From Octopus vulgaris (taxonomy: Eukaryota): DNA of 64,000 nucleotides. The notes below the pieces were generated by a model. That model saw only the letters and a list, made by a program, of their open reading frames with translations, was not told the DNA's origin and did not search any database. This document shows, one piece after another, positions 12,753 through 26,404 of the stretch. Location of the stretch: contig OX597817.1 of NCBI GenBank assembly GCA_951406725.2, positions 92,504,001 through 92,568,000 on the forward strand, given 5' to 3'. The position numbers and the translations under genes were made by a program. Positions within the stretch are counted from its first letter, which is position 1. Each line of letters begins with the position of its first letter.

Positions 12753-14630
12753 CAGATGTCAAAGATAGATAGTAGGAAGGGAAGGTATAAAGGAATAATA
12801 GTTAGGGAACAAGTGAAGAGGGAAGGGTACGTTGATTGAAAGAATGTTCGAAGGCTTAGGAAAGAATTTCTCTATAGCAGTGTGGTGGACGTAAAGCTAA
12901 TTTTCAAACCACAGTGACTATCGTTATCATTTATATGAGTAGAAAGTGTGTTTCTGCCAGTGTTTACATTTGTACGATTTTTCTATGAGTGTGTTTACTA
13001 GGGGAACCATAGCGAAAAGAATATGGAAGAATTCAGAGTTACAAATGTTACAGAATCTCCTGCCTTTATCAAAAGGAAAGGATACAGACAGTATGAACCA
13101 ATCTAACTTGAAAATTATATTGTTGTCTTTAAGACGCCAAACTAATTTACTTAGCCCTGTGCTATGACGTTTTTTACTATCTCTGAATGTTGAGTAGTGG
13201 TTTGAAATTCTCTTGGATAACTGGGAAGTGGAAGCTCCTTTATAGAAGAAGACATCGGTACTGGAAGAAATTCTACACTGGTAAATAGCATTCTTAATCT
13301 TAGAATTACTGGACAAAAATTTAATTCTGTTGGGGTTGTCCGAGATCGAGACGAAGTTTTTATTGTTATTACTGTTGTTACTATTATTATTAGCGCTAAC
13401 AACTACACTATTTCTATTATTATTAGTATTATTAATGGTATTACAACCAGTAATACCACCGACAATAATACTGTTATTGTTGTTACCATCAACACTACCA
13501 TTGTTATTATCACGACTAATACTATTATTAATATTATCATTGTTAACACCTTTGCTGCTACTAATGCTGCTACTATTAATACTATTCCTATTATTATAAT
13601 TGTATGATGGGTTGGAATTAGCAAGATTAGTGTTGGAACTCCTGGGTGAAGAATCTTTGTTTAGCAGCTTGGTATTGTGGGAAGATATAATTTGTGAAAG
13701 ATTCCTAGTGTTAGAGAAAGCTATTCTGACCTTGTGTGAATTGATAATAGAATGATATCTAGAATTTGTGGGAAAGTTCCTAGCAACGGCTTCACGGAAC
13801 TGTAAGGGAAGGTTCGATTTAATTTGTTTTCCGAAAGGTATTACAAACCAGATACAGTTTTTTGTGGCCTTTGAATTGTTCTTAGTGTTGTTTGTGATAG
13901 TAAGGGGAAAATTTCTGGGTTGGATATTTGGGGTTGCATGGCACTTACCTCCCCTAGTCCATAAAGAATTTATTTTATGTACAGGGTTGCTGGCACTATT
14001 AGAATTGAAATCATTATTCCTATTACGAGTAACTTTACTATCTGGAGAAGTAGATGTTGGTTTAGAATGAGCTGGGTTGATGCATGACACTTTCTTCTTA
14101 TAACCGGCTCTTGACAAGGCGGCATTATAGAAGTCTGCCTTTTGGTTAAAGATGTCGACATAAGCAGATAATTTGGACAGACTCAGAGATATGTTTTTAA
14201 CTAAATTATCGGTAATTGGCTTGGCATGATTACTGAAAATGCTGATATACTTAAGATTAGTGGAAGATTTATGATAAGGGAAGTATGAGTTATTCTGCAG
14301 ATTGAGGGTAATGTCCAAGAAGTTGGCTTTAGTTAATTCATCGTCAAAAACTATGCGCAAGCCCATTCTACTAAAAAACCTAACTAATCTGTTCTTAACC
14401 TTCTGTATTTTTTGGTTTAAAACGTTTTGGAGGTAAAGCAGACAATCGTCGCGATAAAGACCTCCACAGATGTCCGGGAATTGGTCGGCCATTTCATAAA
14501 GAATATAAATTCCGACCAAATCGGCTATCTGGGCGCTGTCTGTACTTCCCATTAGTACATCAAACGCATTAGGGGTATCTCTACGGACCCACAACTTGTT
14601 ATCGAACTGGATGAAAGATTTCCTAGCAGT
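12290..14630 (-). mobile_element. 5'-truncated Penelope-like element, probably Hydra-type, with long open RT-EN frame
   Basis: ORF 12927-14669 has MGSTDSAQIADLVG, YRDD, NFLDITL, GIY-YIG (NAIYQC..YKGAS...RISNH) and C-terminal CNIC..E....C.H. HHR at 12337-12424. (TA)-rich flanks on both sides. Confidence 0.92.
12337..12424 (-). ncRNA. Type I hammerhead ribozyme in PLE 3' repeat
   Basis: Minus strand: stem I TTGCTTTC/GAGAGTAA, CTGATGA, stem II GAAG...CTTC, GAAAC-ATGT-GTC. Confidence 0.8.
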
Positions 14631-15589
14631 CACATATACATATATGTATATACACATATGTATATACATATATACATATATGTATATATATATTCTTTTA
14701 TTCTTTTACTTGTTTCAGTCATTTGACTGTGGTCATGCTAGAGCACCACCTTTAGTCAAGCAAATTGGCCTCAGGACTTATTCTTTGTAAGCCTAATGCT
14801 TATTCTTTTGGTCTCTTTTGCTGAACCGCTAAACTATGGGGAGATAAACGAATCAGCATTGGTTGTCAAGTGATGGTGGGGGTGAAAACACAGACACAAA
14901 CATATATACACACATAGATATATGGATAGATAGATTGATAGATATATACATACATACAAACATACATACATATACGATGGGCTTCTTTCAGTTTCCATCT
15001 ACCAAATCCACTCATAAGGTTTTGATCATCCTGAGGCTGTAGAATGACACTTGCCCAAGGTGCCGCACAGTGGGACGGAACCTGGAACCATGTGGTTGGT
15101 AAGCAAGCTACTTACCACACAACTACTCCTGTGCCTATATATATATATATATCTTTTTTTTTTTTACTTGTTTGAGTCATTTTGACTGTGGCCATGCTGG
15201 AGCACCGCCTTTAATCGGGCAACTCGACCCCAGGACTTATTCTTTGTAAGCCCAGTACTTATTCTATCGGTCTCTTTTGCTGAACCGCTAAGTGACGGGG
15301 ACATAAACACAACAGCATCGGTTGTCAAGCAATGCTAGGGGGACAAACACAGACACACAAACATACACACACATACATATATATACATATATACAACGGG
15401 CTTCTTTCAGTTTCCGTCAACCAAATCCACTCACAAGGCTTTGGTCGGCCCGAGGGTGTAGTAGAAGACACTTGCCCAATGTGCCACGCAGTGGGACTGA
15501 ACCCGGAACCATGTGGTTGGTAAACAAGCTACTTACCACACAGCCACTCCTGCGCCTATCATATATATATATATATATCATCATCATCA

Positions 15590-16260
15590 TCATCATTTAA
15601 TGTCTATTGTCCATGCTGGCATGGGTTGAATGGTTTGACCAGACTCATAATCTGGAAGGCTGCACCAGACTCCAGTCTGATTTGGCATGGTTTTGCATGA
15701 CTGGATGCCCTTCCTAACACCAACCATTCCAAGCCAACAAAGGGCAAGTACAGAGGTTTATCTTTGGTTGTGTATTTTTCCTGCAGCTGCCTCACCAGAA
15801 ATATATATATATATAGCATCAGGGGTGCTTCTTCCCGACACAAAACCAAACTGCATTTCAACTAAATCAACTCTCTCCTTAATTAACTGGGCTATGACTC
15901 TTTCCGTAACCTTCATCACCTGATCCAGCTATTTGATACCTCTGTAATTATTTCTATCTAAGACATCACCTTTACCTTTGTAACAGCTGACTATGGTGCT
16001 GCTACACCAGTCATTGTGTATGACTCCTTCGTGAACTATCTGATTTACAATACTGGTAACTAGACCATAACCCACACTGCCAGATATTTTAAGCATCTCA
16101 GTGGAGATTCCTGTTTTCATATCCTTAATTGCTTTATCTACCATGGAACTGTTGATTCAGGTAGCTGGTCTCTCATTTGAATCAACATTTGGCAGACTCT
16201 CCTCCTCCCACTCATTCTCTACATTCAGCAGTCTTTCATAATGTAATTTCGAAAACCTCT
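15590..16260 (-). mobile_element. RTE-clade LINE fragments and RTE-type 3' tail
   Basis: CYKGKGDVLDRNNYRGIK and RQLQEKY..KDKPLYL.FV. The ccatgctggcatgggtt...ctggatgcccttcctaa tail sits next to (CAT)n. Similar tails at about 12045-12250, 16670-16875, 24975-25130 and 55370-55810. Confidence 0.8.
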
Positions 16261-16300
16261 TTCTTTGCAGAATCATTACATGCACGTGCATCTCTTTCTT

Positions 16301-16365
<65 letters not shown>

Positions 16366-16619
16366 GTATATCAATATATGTATATATGAAAAGCATAAGC
16401 CAAAATCAGACTGGAACCTGGTGCAGTTCTGTGGCTTACCAGTTTGAATCAAACCATCTAACCCATGCCAGCAGGGAAAGCAGACTTTAAATGATGATGG
16501 TGATGTCATGGGACATGTAAATAAATGTATGTGTGTGTATGTATATGTAAGAATGTATTTGATAATCAGAATCAGAGTATGTATGTACGTATGCATATGT
16601 GTATATATGTGTGTGTGTA

Positions 16620-16670
<51 letters not shown>

Positions 16671-16879
16671 TCATCATCATCATCATCATTTAGCGTCCGT
16701 TTTCCATGCTAGCATGGGTTGACGTTCTGCTGGGGTCTGTGAAGCCAGAAGGCTTCATCAGGCCCAGTCAAATCTGGCAGTGTTTCTACGGCTGGATGCC
16801 CTTCCTAACGCCAACCACTCCGTGAGTGTAGTGGGTGTATTTTACGTGCCACCCGCACTGGTGCCAGACAGAGCTGGTT

Positions 16880-16945
<66 letters not shown>

Positions 16946-17653
16946 GTATATATATGTATATATGTATATATGTACATATGTATGAATATGGGGATGCAGA
17001 GAGATGCATATGTATGTATATATATGTGTGTAAGTAATTGTATATGTACGAAAGTATCTGTGAGTATATCTGTATGTGTATATGGGCATGTATACATGAA
17101 TATATGTGGGGAAGTCTTTGTATGTCTCTAGAACACCGAATATTGAAAATCAGATAATAAAATTTCTCATGTACAGCCTAACATGAGGAACAGATCAAAA
17201 ATCGGATAGTACCAAAATAAACATCCACTACGTCCAACACCACTCATAGTAGGCAAATAGAAGCATGTTAACAGCAAGCAGAATCAAACTACCAGCGTCT
17301 ACTAAATTCAAAAAAGGCAGATGGGTGTGTTAGTATTGAGGTTGAAAGATTTTTAACTGAGACAGCAGAAGCCCATCTAAAGCCTGAAAGAGACAGGCTT
17401 CTGCTAAAGACCAGTAAAACTTTAAGCCGTATTGAACTGAATCAATATATATATATATATATAGTTCAGTAAAATTTAGATTCAGTTGAATATGGTACTT
17501 AAGTTAAAGGCATCAGAATTTGGTATGGAATTATCCATATAATTCAAAATGGGGTGATTACAATCAAAATAAGCAACAAGGATATCCAAAATTTTGGTTA
17601 ATAGAATAACTATACAAATGAATCCTTTGAATTTAACTAAATTCTATATTTTT

Positions 17654-17743
17654 ATGCAGCTGAAGATTGCTCTACATTTTAAAACTGATGTAATATTTGC
17701 ATTGTTCAATTAAATGGAGTCGCATGAAATGATCATACTGCAT
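17654..17743 (+). ncRNA. Type I hammerhead ribozyme in a short fold-back element
   Basis: Stem I ATGCAG/CTGCAT, CTGAAGA (17660), GAAA-TGATCA-TA with palindromic stem III. Bracketed by a 27-bp inverted repeat (17562-17588/17750-17776) and (TA)n. Confidence 0.72.
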
Positions 17744-17804
17744 TACCTCTGGATATCCTTGTTGCTTATTTTGATTATATATATATATATATTATATATA
17801 TATA

Positions 17805-20445
17805 TATATAAACGGCAGTTTGTCTGTGTGTGTTTCTGTGTGTCTGTTTGGTTGTACCCTCACTCTGACCACGGCTTTCAACCGATTCTGATGGAACTTG
17901 ACACACACATAGCCCAATGTCATAATTCAAAACTAACGCAGCGAAAATTTTGAAAAGTTCACCCAATTCTGAAAAAAATTAATAAATTCGACATGGGGTC
18001 GAGAATCAGAAACACAAACCACAGACTGTCTAGGGGACGCAACTCGGCCTTTTTAACTCTGACCTACCAATCCACTTCAGGCGTTCTCAGTTTCCTGTTA
18101 AACTCTGCTTCGCAATGTTCATCAATAAATCCCAAGGCCAAACGCTACAAGTCGCTGGGTTACAGTTGGGCGAACAGTGCTTCGCCCACGGTCAACTCTA
18201 CGTGGGCTGTTCACGCGTTGGGAGGCGCAATGATGTTTTCATGTTTTCGCCCAAACGGACAGCTAGGAACATCGTATACACAGAAGTATTCGAGTGAAGA
18301 GAAGACATTGCAACCTACAAAATCGATAAACTCGGCATGGGGTTGAGAATCTAAGCTTTTTATATGCAACACATTATCTATGGTAGTTTTCGCAACTTGC
18401 AATCGATTTTCACAAAACTCATGGGGAAGCTTAATGTCACCCTAAGAAACTCAATTCTGACGTTAGTTTTCCATGCAATACCTTACCATCAGAAACAATC
18501 GATAAAATCATGCCATTTTGGGAAATCGCGTTCAAATTCAAGATGACATATTTTTGACAATATCTTTCACAAATTGGCAGGAATTTTTTTTTTCCACAGT
18601 GAGCATCATGTCTGCTCCAAGGAGCTATATAGCCCTTTTTATTCCAATAGGATACATTATTGGAAAAAATCGGTTAATTAAATCTTTCACAAATTGGCAG
18701 GAATTTTTTTTTTTTCACAGTGAGCATCATGTCTGCTCCAAGGAGCTATATAGCCCTTTTTATTCCAATAGGATACATTATTGGAAAAAATCGGTTAATT
18801 AAATCATATGTGGCACACATAGCAAACCAATTTGTGTATTAAACACAAACCAGACTATCTAGGGGACGCAACTGGACCTTTTTAGCTATCGATAATTCGA
18901 TCCAACCAATTCCTACCAGGAAGAAATTACATTCGAGACTTCACCCCCAACACTGCCACTTCTACTAATAGCTGCTGCAGCCGCAAGTTATTCGAATACT
19001 TTTTTTGTTTACACTTTCTTTATAACTACCACCCCAAACGTCAGTAAAGCACCCTCTGCCATCGTGGCGTCCCACTGGGAGTCATCCTCTAGAAGGCCAA
19101 GTCTCATACATGCTTCCCTGAAGGTGTCGCACAGAACCCCATTGACGGTACGTATATTGCCGAAACCTGTTGGACCAGTGACCTCATGTAGAAGGAGACG
19201 GAGGTAGAAGCATTCTTGCTGGTTTGGCGGGATGTTGTAAACTCGACCCAGGCAGGAGTCAAACTTGACGCCTGGGAAGCCTTCGACGTTTTTGTCGGAT
19301 TTCCGTCGAACCCAGGTGTTTTTAGACCACACGAAGTACGATGGGACCTGTGGGTACAAAAGCGTTCGAGCGAAGTCATCACGTTGGCATAATTTGAAGA
19401 AACCAGTTAACGTTGTGTCTTTAGGGCTGGTGGCTATCTGCACAGCACTTTGCTCTGTGAAGTAAATCCGCTGTCCATTTTCCAAGTGTACAGCAAGCTG
19501 CACCACAGCCGGGTGTCTCTGATGGAGCGGGAAGCTGTAAATGCGCCAAATGCTTCGTTGCTGCTGAGGTACCGGCCAGCCAAGTAGTTGGACACTTCGT
19601 CGCGACTGGTGGTCCTCTGGATGCTGAACATGGCAGCATCGCTGCCTTTGTTGATATATTTGCAGACATATTGTATTGACCTGATGGAGCTACAAAACAA
19701 TTTACGCGACCTAAAATGGCTGGCAGGCAGAGCTATTCTCGCACCCAAAAATACAACCGTCAACTCCATCAATATCCAGCTACTTGAAGCTATTCCTGGT
19801 GATGTCCACGTCTACAAATCTATAGACAGGACAGCAGACCCTGCCCAGCTTGCCGATTATCCTGTTGAATTCCTGAATTCACTTGAACCACCAGGCCTGC
19901 CGCCACACATCCTGAAGTTAAAAGTCGGTGCATCCATTATGCTCATCAGGAATTTGATTCCACCTAAACAGTGCAACGGCACACGTTTGGTTGTGAAACA
20001 TTTGGCACCACATTTAATAACGGCCACAATACTTACCGGTTGAGGGAAGGGAGAGGACGTCTTCATTCCACGGATGCACCTTCAACCGTCGGGCGCTGAT
20101 CTACCAATCCACTTCAGGCGTTCTCAGTTTCCTGTTAAACTCTGCTTCGCAATGTTCATCAATAAATCCCAAGGCCAAACGCTACAAGTCGCTGGGTTAC
20201 ATTTGGGCGAACAGTGCTTCGCCCACGGTCAACTCTACGTGGGCTGTTCACGCATTGGGAGGCGCAATGATGTTTTCAGGTTTTCGCCCCAACGGACAGC
20301 TAGGAACATCATATATACAGAAGTATTCAAGACATTGCAACGTCCACATGCACCTTCGTTCCCTGGAGGGAAAGGACTACATTGGGATTAGTCATTGCCT
20401 ACTAGGGGCTCTTACATACCCGGGCAACGCCGGGCTATGCTGCTA

Positions 20446-20446
<1 letters not shown>
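17805..20446 (+). mobile_element. Internally deleted, rearranged Helitron
   Basis: Rep-Hel segments (LAVHLENGQRIYF, ECFYLRLLL) on the minus strand. PIF1 helicase motifs (RAILAPKN, FLNSLEPPGLPPH.LKLKVG...CNGTRL, INKSQGQTL, GQLYVGCSR) on the plus strand. 3' hairpin CCCGG-GCAACG-CCGGG (20419-20434) then CTAG at 20443-20446. Confidence 0.92.
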
Positions 20447-20487
<41 letters not shown>

Positions 20488-20937
20488 GCGTGAGTCATCT
20501 AAGAGACCATAAATCAAGGAAAAAATGCACCCATACATCTGTCAGTAGAGTGGGTATACCCATTTCAGATAATATATACATGAAGGTGCATGGCTCAGTG
20601 GCTAAAGTGGCGAGCTTACAATCGTGAGGTTGTGAGCTTGAATCCCGGACTGGGCTGTGTGTTGTGTTCTTGAGCAAGACACTTTCTTTCATGTTGCTCC
20701 AGTTCACTCAGCTGTAGAAATGAGTTGCAATGTCACAGGTGCCAAGCTGTATTGGCCCTTGTTTTCCCTTAGATAACACTTGTGGAGTGGAGAGGGGAGG
20801 CCAGTATGCATGGGCAACTGCTGGTCTTCCATAAACAACATTGCCTAGATTTGTGCCTGGGAGGGTAACTTTCTAGGTGCAATCCCATGGTCTGTGTCAT
20901 GACCGAAGGGGTCTCAGATATATATATATAATAAATA

Positions 20938-21337
20938 TGATATTGTTGTATTTCGGAATGGTCATTTTGCCAGTTTAGCCAATGAAAACACATGCACTAT
21001 ATATTTGGTGTTACTTTGCTTCAGTGTTATTTATTTTTTACATTAAACTTAATCTTATTTCGGCCAGAGTTCTTTTGTCACACTCCTGTGACCGCATCAG
21101 TGGTCCTTTGCCTTCTTCTTTCTTATTTGTGTGTCTCTCCTTACTAACTGTCAGCCATTTTGTATTTCTATTGTATGTGTTTCCATTTGCGCATGCGTAT
21201 ATCTCTATGTGCGTCTATGTTTAGTTAGTGTGTGTGTGTGGGGGTGGGAATGCCTGTAATATTTGTATCTTCTGTTTATATACATTCATGTAATTTGTTT
21301 TTGTTTATTCTTATTTTGTTCATGTGTTTACATCCAC

Positions 21338-21395
<58 letters not shown>

Positions 21396-21835
21396 GTATA
21401 CTTGGATGTATGTATGTATGTATAACAACAATACTAGTAATAATAGTAATAATGATAAAAAAAAAATTTCTTTTTAAATGTATATAGTTATTTACTAAAC
21501 ATAGACGCACATAAAGATATAAGCATGCATAAATGAAGACACATACAATAGAAATACAAAATGGCTGACGGTTAGTAAGGAGAGACACAAATAAGAAAGA
21601 AGAAAGCAAAGGACCACTGATGCGGTCACAGGAGTTTGACAAAAGAACTCTGGCTGAAATAAGATTAAGTTTAATGTAAAAAATAAATAACACTGAAGCA
21701 AAGTAACACCAAATATATAGTGCGTGTGTTTTTATTGGCTAAACTGGCAAAACGACCATTCCGAAATACAACAATATCTGTTTCAACATATGATTTCACA
21801 TAAAAAATCTTGCACAACAAATATATAAACGTAAT
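20938..21835. repeat. Fold-back element from the same PLE terminal repeat as 2636-4365
   Basis: About 20940-21226 is the reverse complement of about 21494-21777. Both arms match 2680-2965, and the spacer matches 2966-3070 joined to 4250-4365. Confidence 0.88.
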
Positions 21836-21842
21836 AAATATG

Positions 21843-21873
<31 letters not shown>

Positions 21874-21923
21874 GTGTTACTTTGCATCAGTGTTATTTAT
21901 TTTTTAATCTTAATATATATATG

Positions 21924-22229
21924 TGGAGGTGCAATGGCCTAGTGGTTAGGGCAGCGAACTCAAAGTCGTAGGATCACGGTTTCGATTCTCAGACCGGGTG
22001 TTGTGAGTGTTTATTGAGTGAAAACACCTAAAAGCTCCACGAGGCTCCGGCAGGGGGTGGTGATCCCTGCTGTACTCTTTCACCACAACTTTCTCGCACT
22101 CTTTCTTCTGTTGGCCTGCTTGCTTAGCCAGTGGGGTGGTGTCATTTGAAGGCTAAAACAATGCAAACGCATTATGACCAGCGATGTGTAGCAACATCTG
22201 ATGGTCTGGTCGGTCACAGTGATCACGTG
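21924..22229 (+). mobile_element. tRNA-derived SINE family 3
   Basis: Box A TGGCCTAGTGG, box B GTTTCGATTC, (TA)n flanks. A reverse copy lies at 48303-48570. Confidence 0.82.
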
Positions 22230-22689
22230 ATATATATATATATGTATATAAATATGATATATACATGTGTGGCTGTGTGCCAAGGAGTTTGCTTCTCAAC
22301 CACATGGCTCTGGATTCAGTCCAGGCATTTAAAAAATAAGATCTGGGGTTGATACATTCGACTGAAAATTCTTCAAGGCGGTGCCCTAGCCCCAATATGG
22401 TTGCAGTCTAATGACTGAAACAAGTAAAAGATTGAAGGGAGATAATGATGTAGTATGTATTACATTATACTATGAGAGCAATCCTAGCTTAATGACAATT
22501 TCTGAATGATTTGGGTGTGAGAAATGTCTTTAAATTGAAACCTTAGTATATAACGAAAAGCTATTCTATTGAAAATGATTTTGTTTCACCATACTTTAAA
22601 TTCTTCAGTCATGCCATAACCTAATGATAAATGTATTATCTAATTAGATTTAATAGATAGTTAAAAATCATCATCATCATTATCAAATG

Positions 22690-23663
22690 CCACAGTGCTG
22701 AAATATGCAGATGACATCAAGCTGTACCTCAAAATAAAGAGGTCAGATCCTGTACATTATAGATCTCTATTGCAAGCAGACCTGGACACAATGCAGCAGT
22801 TGATCATGGACTAGCAACTCAAGCTGGCTGTGGACAAATGTACCACCATGCATTTTGGGAGGAGAAACCCAGCGTCCACCTATTCCCTCCACAACACTAA
22901 TCTCAAAAAGTCTTTGTGTGAACGTGACCTGGGTGTTATTGTCGACAGTGATTTGCGTTGGACAAAACACATCGCTAAAATTGTCAAGAAGGCTGAGGGT
23001 ATCTTGGTATCTTGGTATCACACACCAAATCCTTTGTGAGTCGCTCTCCGACTATCTATCTGTGGCTTTATATAGCTATGGTAAGACCTCACCTGGAATT
23101 TGCATCACCGGTCTGGCACCTCTATCTTGCCAAGGATATCAATCGTCTGGAAGCTGTTCAGCGACGTGCAACCAAAAGAATACCCTCCATCAGGCATTTG
23201 CCATATTCTGAACGCCTTACTTCCCTGGGCATGGACCCATTGAAACTCCGACGTCTGGCAGCTGACTTGGCAGACACCCATAAAATTATCAACCATCTTA
23301 CAAACAATAACTCTGGGCACCTTTTCAAACTCCACCCGTCTAACACCCATGGACATATTTACAAAGTCAGGAAACAGCACAGCTCCCATGACTTTAGGAA
23401 ACATTTTTTCACGCTGAGAGTTGCTGAAGCATGGAACAAACTGCCGGCATCGGTTGTTAGTTGTCGGAGCACTGCATCCTTCAAAACTTCCATGCTTTCT
23501 GAGATTCGCCAACACTACACCTGATTTCCTCCCCTCCATGCACACACAAGCATGTATCTGACTCATACATTGTTCGCTTTCCAGACATTTGTACATTACT
23601 GCATACACTTTATACGCACTTTCTGACAAGTTGTGGTGCACCTTAGCACTGTATACAATAATT

Positions 23664-23666
<3 letters not shown>
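22690..23666 (+). mobile_element. CR1/L2-like LINE 3' fragment ending in (ATT)n
   Basis: KYADDIKLY, ERDLGVIVD, VRPHLEFASPVW and FFTLRVAEAWNKLP. A shorter copy lies at 41080-41460. Confidence 0.88.
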
Positions 23667-23699
<33 letters not shown>

Positions 23700-23700
<1 letters not shown>

Positions 23701-24911
23701 TTTTTTTTTTCTTCTTTCAAATTTGCTTCCATTTCTTGCCGAGTGTCTTCCCGACTCCTAGGGCAAAGAAACTCATAGTATACATTGGTAGGCCATTAAA
23801 CCAAACTCAATAGTTCGTTAATTTTTTTTTTTTTTTTTTTCTAAGTTAAATTAAAATACATGAGCAGCAACAGTTCTCACATCGACAATGCTCTTCTCAA
23901 TGCGTGTGATGTACCAGTTAAGACAATCTTTTGCACTTCTTGCAGAGATGGTAAGCCAGGGATCATTCTCATATAATTTTCGGTTCCCTTCTTGATCATT
24001 CCTAGTGCTCCTACGATCACTGGTATTGTAACCGCCTTGAGATGCCACATTTTCTCAATTTCAATGAGTAGGTCTTTATATTTTCTGAGCTTGTCAAACT
24101 CTTTCGCTGAGATATTATGATCACAGGGGATGCTCATGTCGATCAATAAGCAAACTTTATTGTTTTGGTCTTTCACAACAATATCTGGTTTATTGGCCTT
24201 GATGGTTCGGTCTGTATGTACTGGAAAGTCCCACAGAATGGTTACATTTTCTCCTTCAGTTACAGCCTCAGGGTGGTGATTATACCACTTGTCGGCAGTT
24301 TTGATATTGTAATGCCAACTTATTAGCCAGTGTAGATATTGGCCAACTCTGTCATGTCTTAATTTATACTCCACTGGTGCTAAGACCTTACATCCAGAGA
24401 TTAGATGGTCCACTGTTTCAATCATGTCGTTGCAGAATCGGCATTTTGGGTCTGCTCCATTTTTCATCACATTGGCCTGGTAGTTCCGGGTTAATAGGCT
24501 TTGATCTTGAGCAGCCAGGATGAAACCTTCGCTCTCTGCTTTTAGCCCTGAGCTCCGTAGCCACTGATGGGTTTGCTTCTGGTCAACATCAGCTTGTTTG
24601 CTGCGGGTCACATATTTGCCGTGTAGAGGTTTCTCCTCCCACCTATCAGCCAATTGCTCGTGCGCTTTTTTCGTTGCCATCATTTTCACTTTCTTTGCAA
24701 CAATAGTTGCCGTACTTCCCTCGGGTTGTTCAGTTTGGGTATCCTGCACGAGATCAATAGCAAATTTTTTGCTTTCCTTTATGATAGAATGAAGCTTCTT
24801 TCGTCTCTCGTGATTTTCCACGAGCTTTAGCATCCAGTCATTCGATATTTCGAGATATTTGGCCAGTCCAATTGTGGTTGTTTTGTAAGCTAGTTCAAAT
24901 TGGATCAGGCC

Positions 24912-24912
<1 letters not shown>
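23700..24912 (-). mobile_element. Dong/R4-like RLE LINE, second near-identical 3' fragment in (TAA)n
   Basis: ORF 23877-24833 is almost identical to 3308-4120, with the same 3' end and (TTA)n on both sides. Confidence 0.92.
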
Positions 24913-24976
<64 letters not shown>

Positions 24977-25934
24977 TAACTTCCATTTTCCATGTTGCCA
25001 TGGGATGGACAGTTTGACAGGAACAGAGGAAAATCAGAAGACATCACCAAGCTCTGGTATCTACTTTGGCATGGATTCTATGCTCTTCCTAATGCCAACC
25101 ACTTTACAGAGTGTACTGGGTACTTTTTCCATGTCATCAATAGCAGTGAGGTCATCAAGAAACTTGCAGGACAAGACACCATTCTACTGGGGGGAATAGT
25201 ATTGAGTGATAGAAAGGTGTCTTGCATTAGAAGAAAGACATGGCTTTCTCAGTTGGGAAAGAGAGAGAGAGAGGGGTGTGGAAAATGGTGAAAATGTAAC
25301 AAAGGGGAGCAGGGGCCATATACCTAAGTTAGACGTTGGTATGTATAGAGATGTGGACCAGGGATTGGAGAGGGTGGGTAGATGGGTGAGTTCACAAGAT
25401 TTTGAAGGAGAGTGGGAGCTAGAGTTGGAGGAGGAAGGGATTTAACAGAGATATATGGTGTGCAGGTAGGTGTACACATGAGCAAGAATGAGAGGATTGG
25501 GAGAGGAGACATCAGTAGTGAGCATGGGTGGGTTGTAGGAGAGAGAGGGGTATTATTGGATATTACATTGCTGGGCAGATCGTCTCAAGCACAGTGTATC
25601 ACCAGTTATCTCAGTTCTTTGTCATCTCTGTGTGGCTCATTTCTTGCCACTTCATCTCATGTCTTCCTGTTTTTTCCCTCTTCCACAGTTTCCCTCCATG
25701 TATAGAAATTGGTACTTCATTATGCAGCTGTCCTCATCCATATGCATCACATGACTATATCAATGCAATCTTCTCTCTAGCACACTACATCTGATGCCTC
25801 TTTTACCTAATTTCTCTCTCAAAACATTTACGTTTTGATGTACATGCATACTAACATTTGACATCCAACAGAACATGCTGGCTTCAAGTAAATTGAAAAA
25901 TAAAAATAAAATAATTTGATTTAATCTGTCCTAG

Positions 25935-26119
25935 ATCCTATCTCACCAGAAAACAGGGAGAGTTACAAGAAAATATTCAAAAGATCAGAAGGATTGACAA
26001 GTTTGACAATAGAAATTGCTGTTTATGTAGATTCTGTTTTAACAAAGTCTCTGGAAGAGGAACATCATTTGATGTCTTTGCAACAGAAGATAGATTTTGT
26101 GGTCATCAAATATAATGCT
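25935..26119 (+). CDS. ADAMTS-like exon C (pro/catalytic boundary)
   Basis: cctag acceptor, gtaagt donor. DPISPENRESYKKIFKRSEGLTSLTIEIAVYVDSVLTKSLEEEHHLMSLQQKIDFVVIKYNA. IEIAVYVD matches the reprolysin first strand (VE..VV.D). Phase 1 to 0. Confidence 0.9.
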
Positions 26120-26404
26120 GTAAGTATTTCTATTAGATTGATGGATATTTTTAATAATTAAAAACACTAAGCTGGTGGATTGATAAAATTAGTAGAGTAC
26201 CAAGTAAATGCTTTGTGGTACTGATTATGCCACTATAATTTCTGTGTTCAAATTCTACCAGAGCTGACCTTATCTTTTATTCTTCTTGGGTTGATAAAAT
26301 AAATACTGGTTAAGTACTGGAGTTAATTTAGTGATCACAGCCACTCCTCAAAATATGTCTTTGTTGGGTCTTATATTAGGATGCTGAGTTGCAACTTAAA
26401 AATA

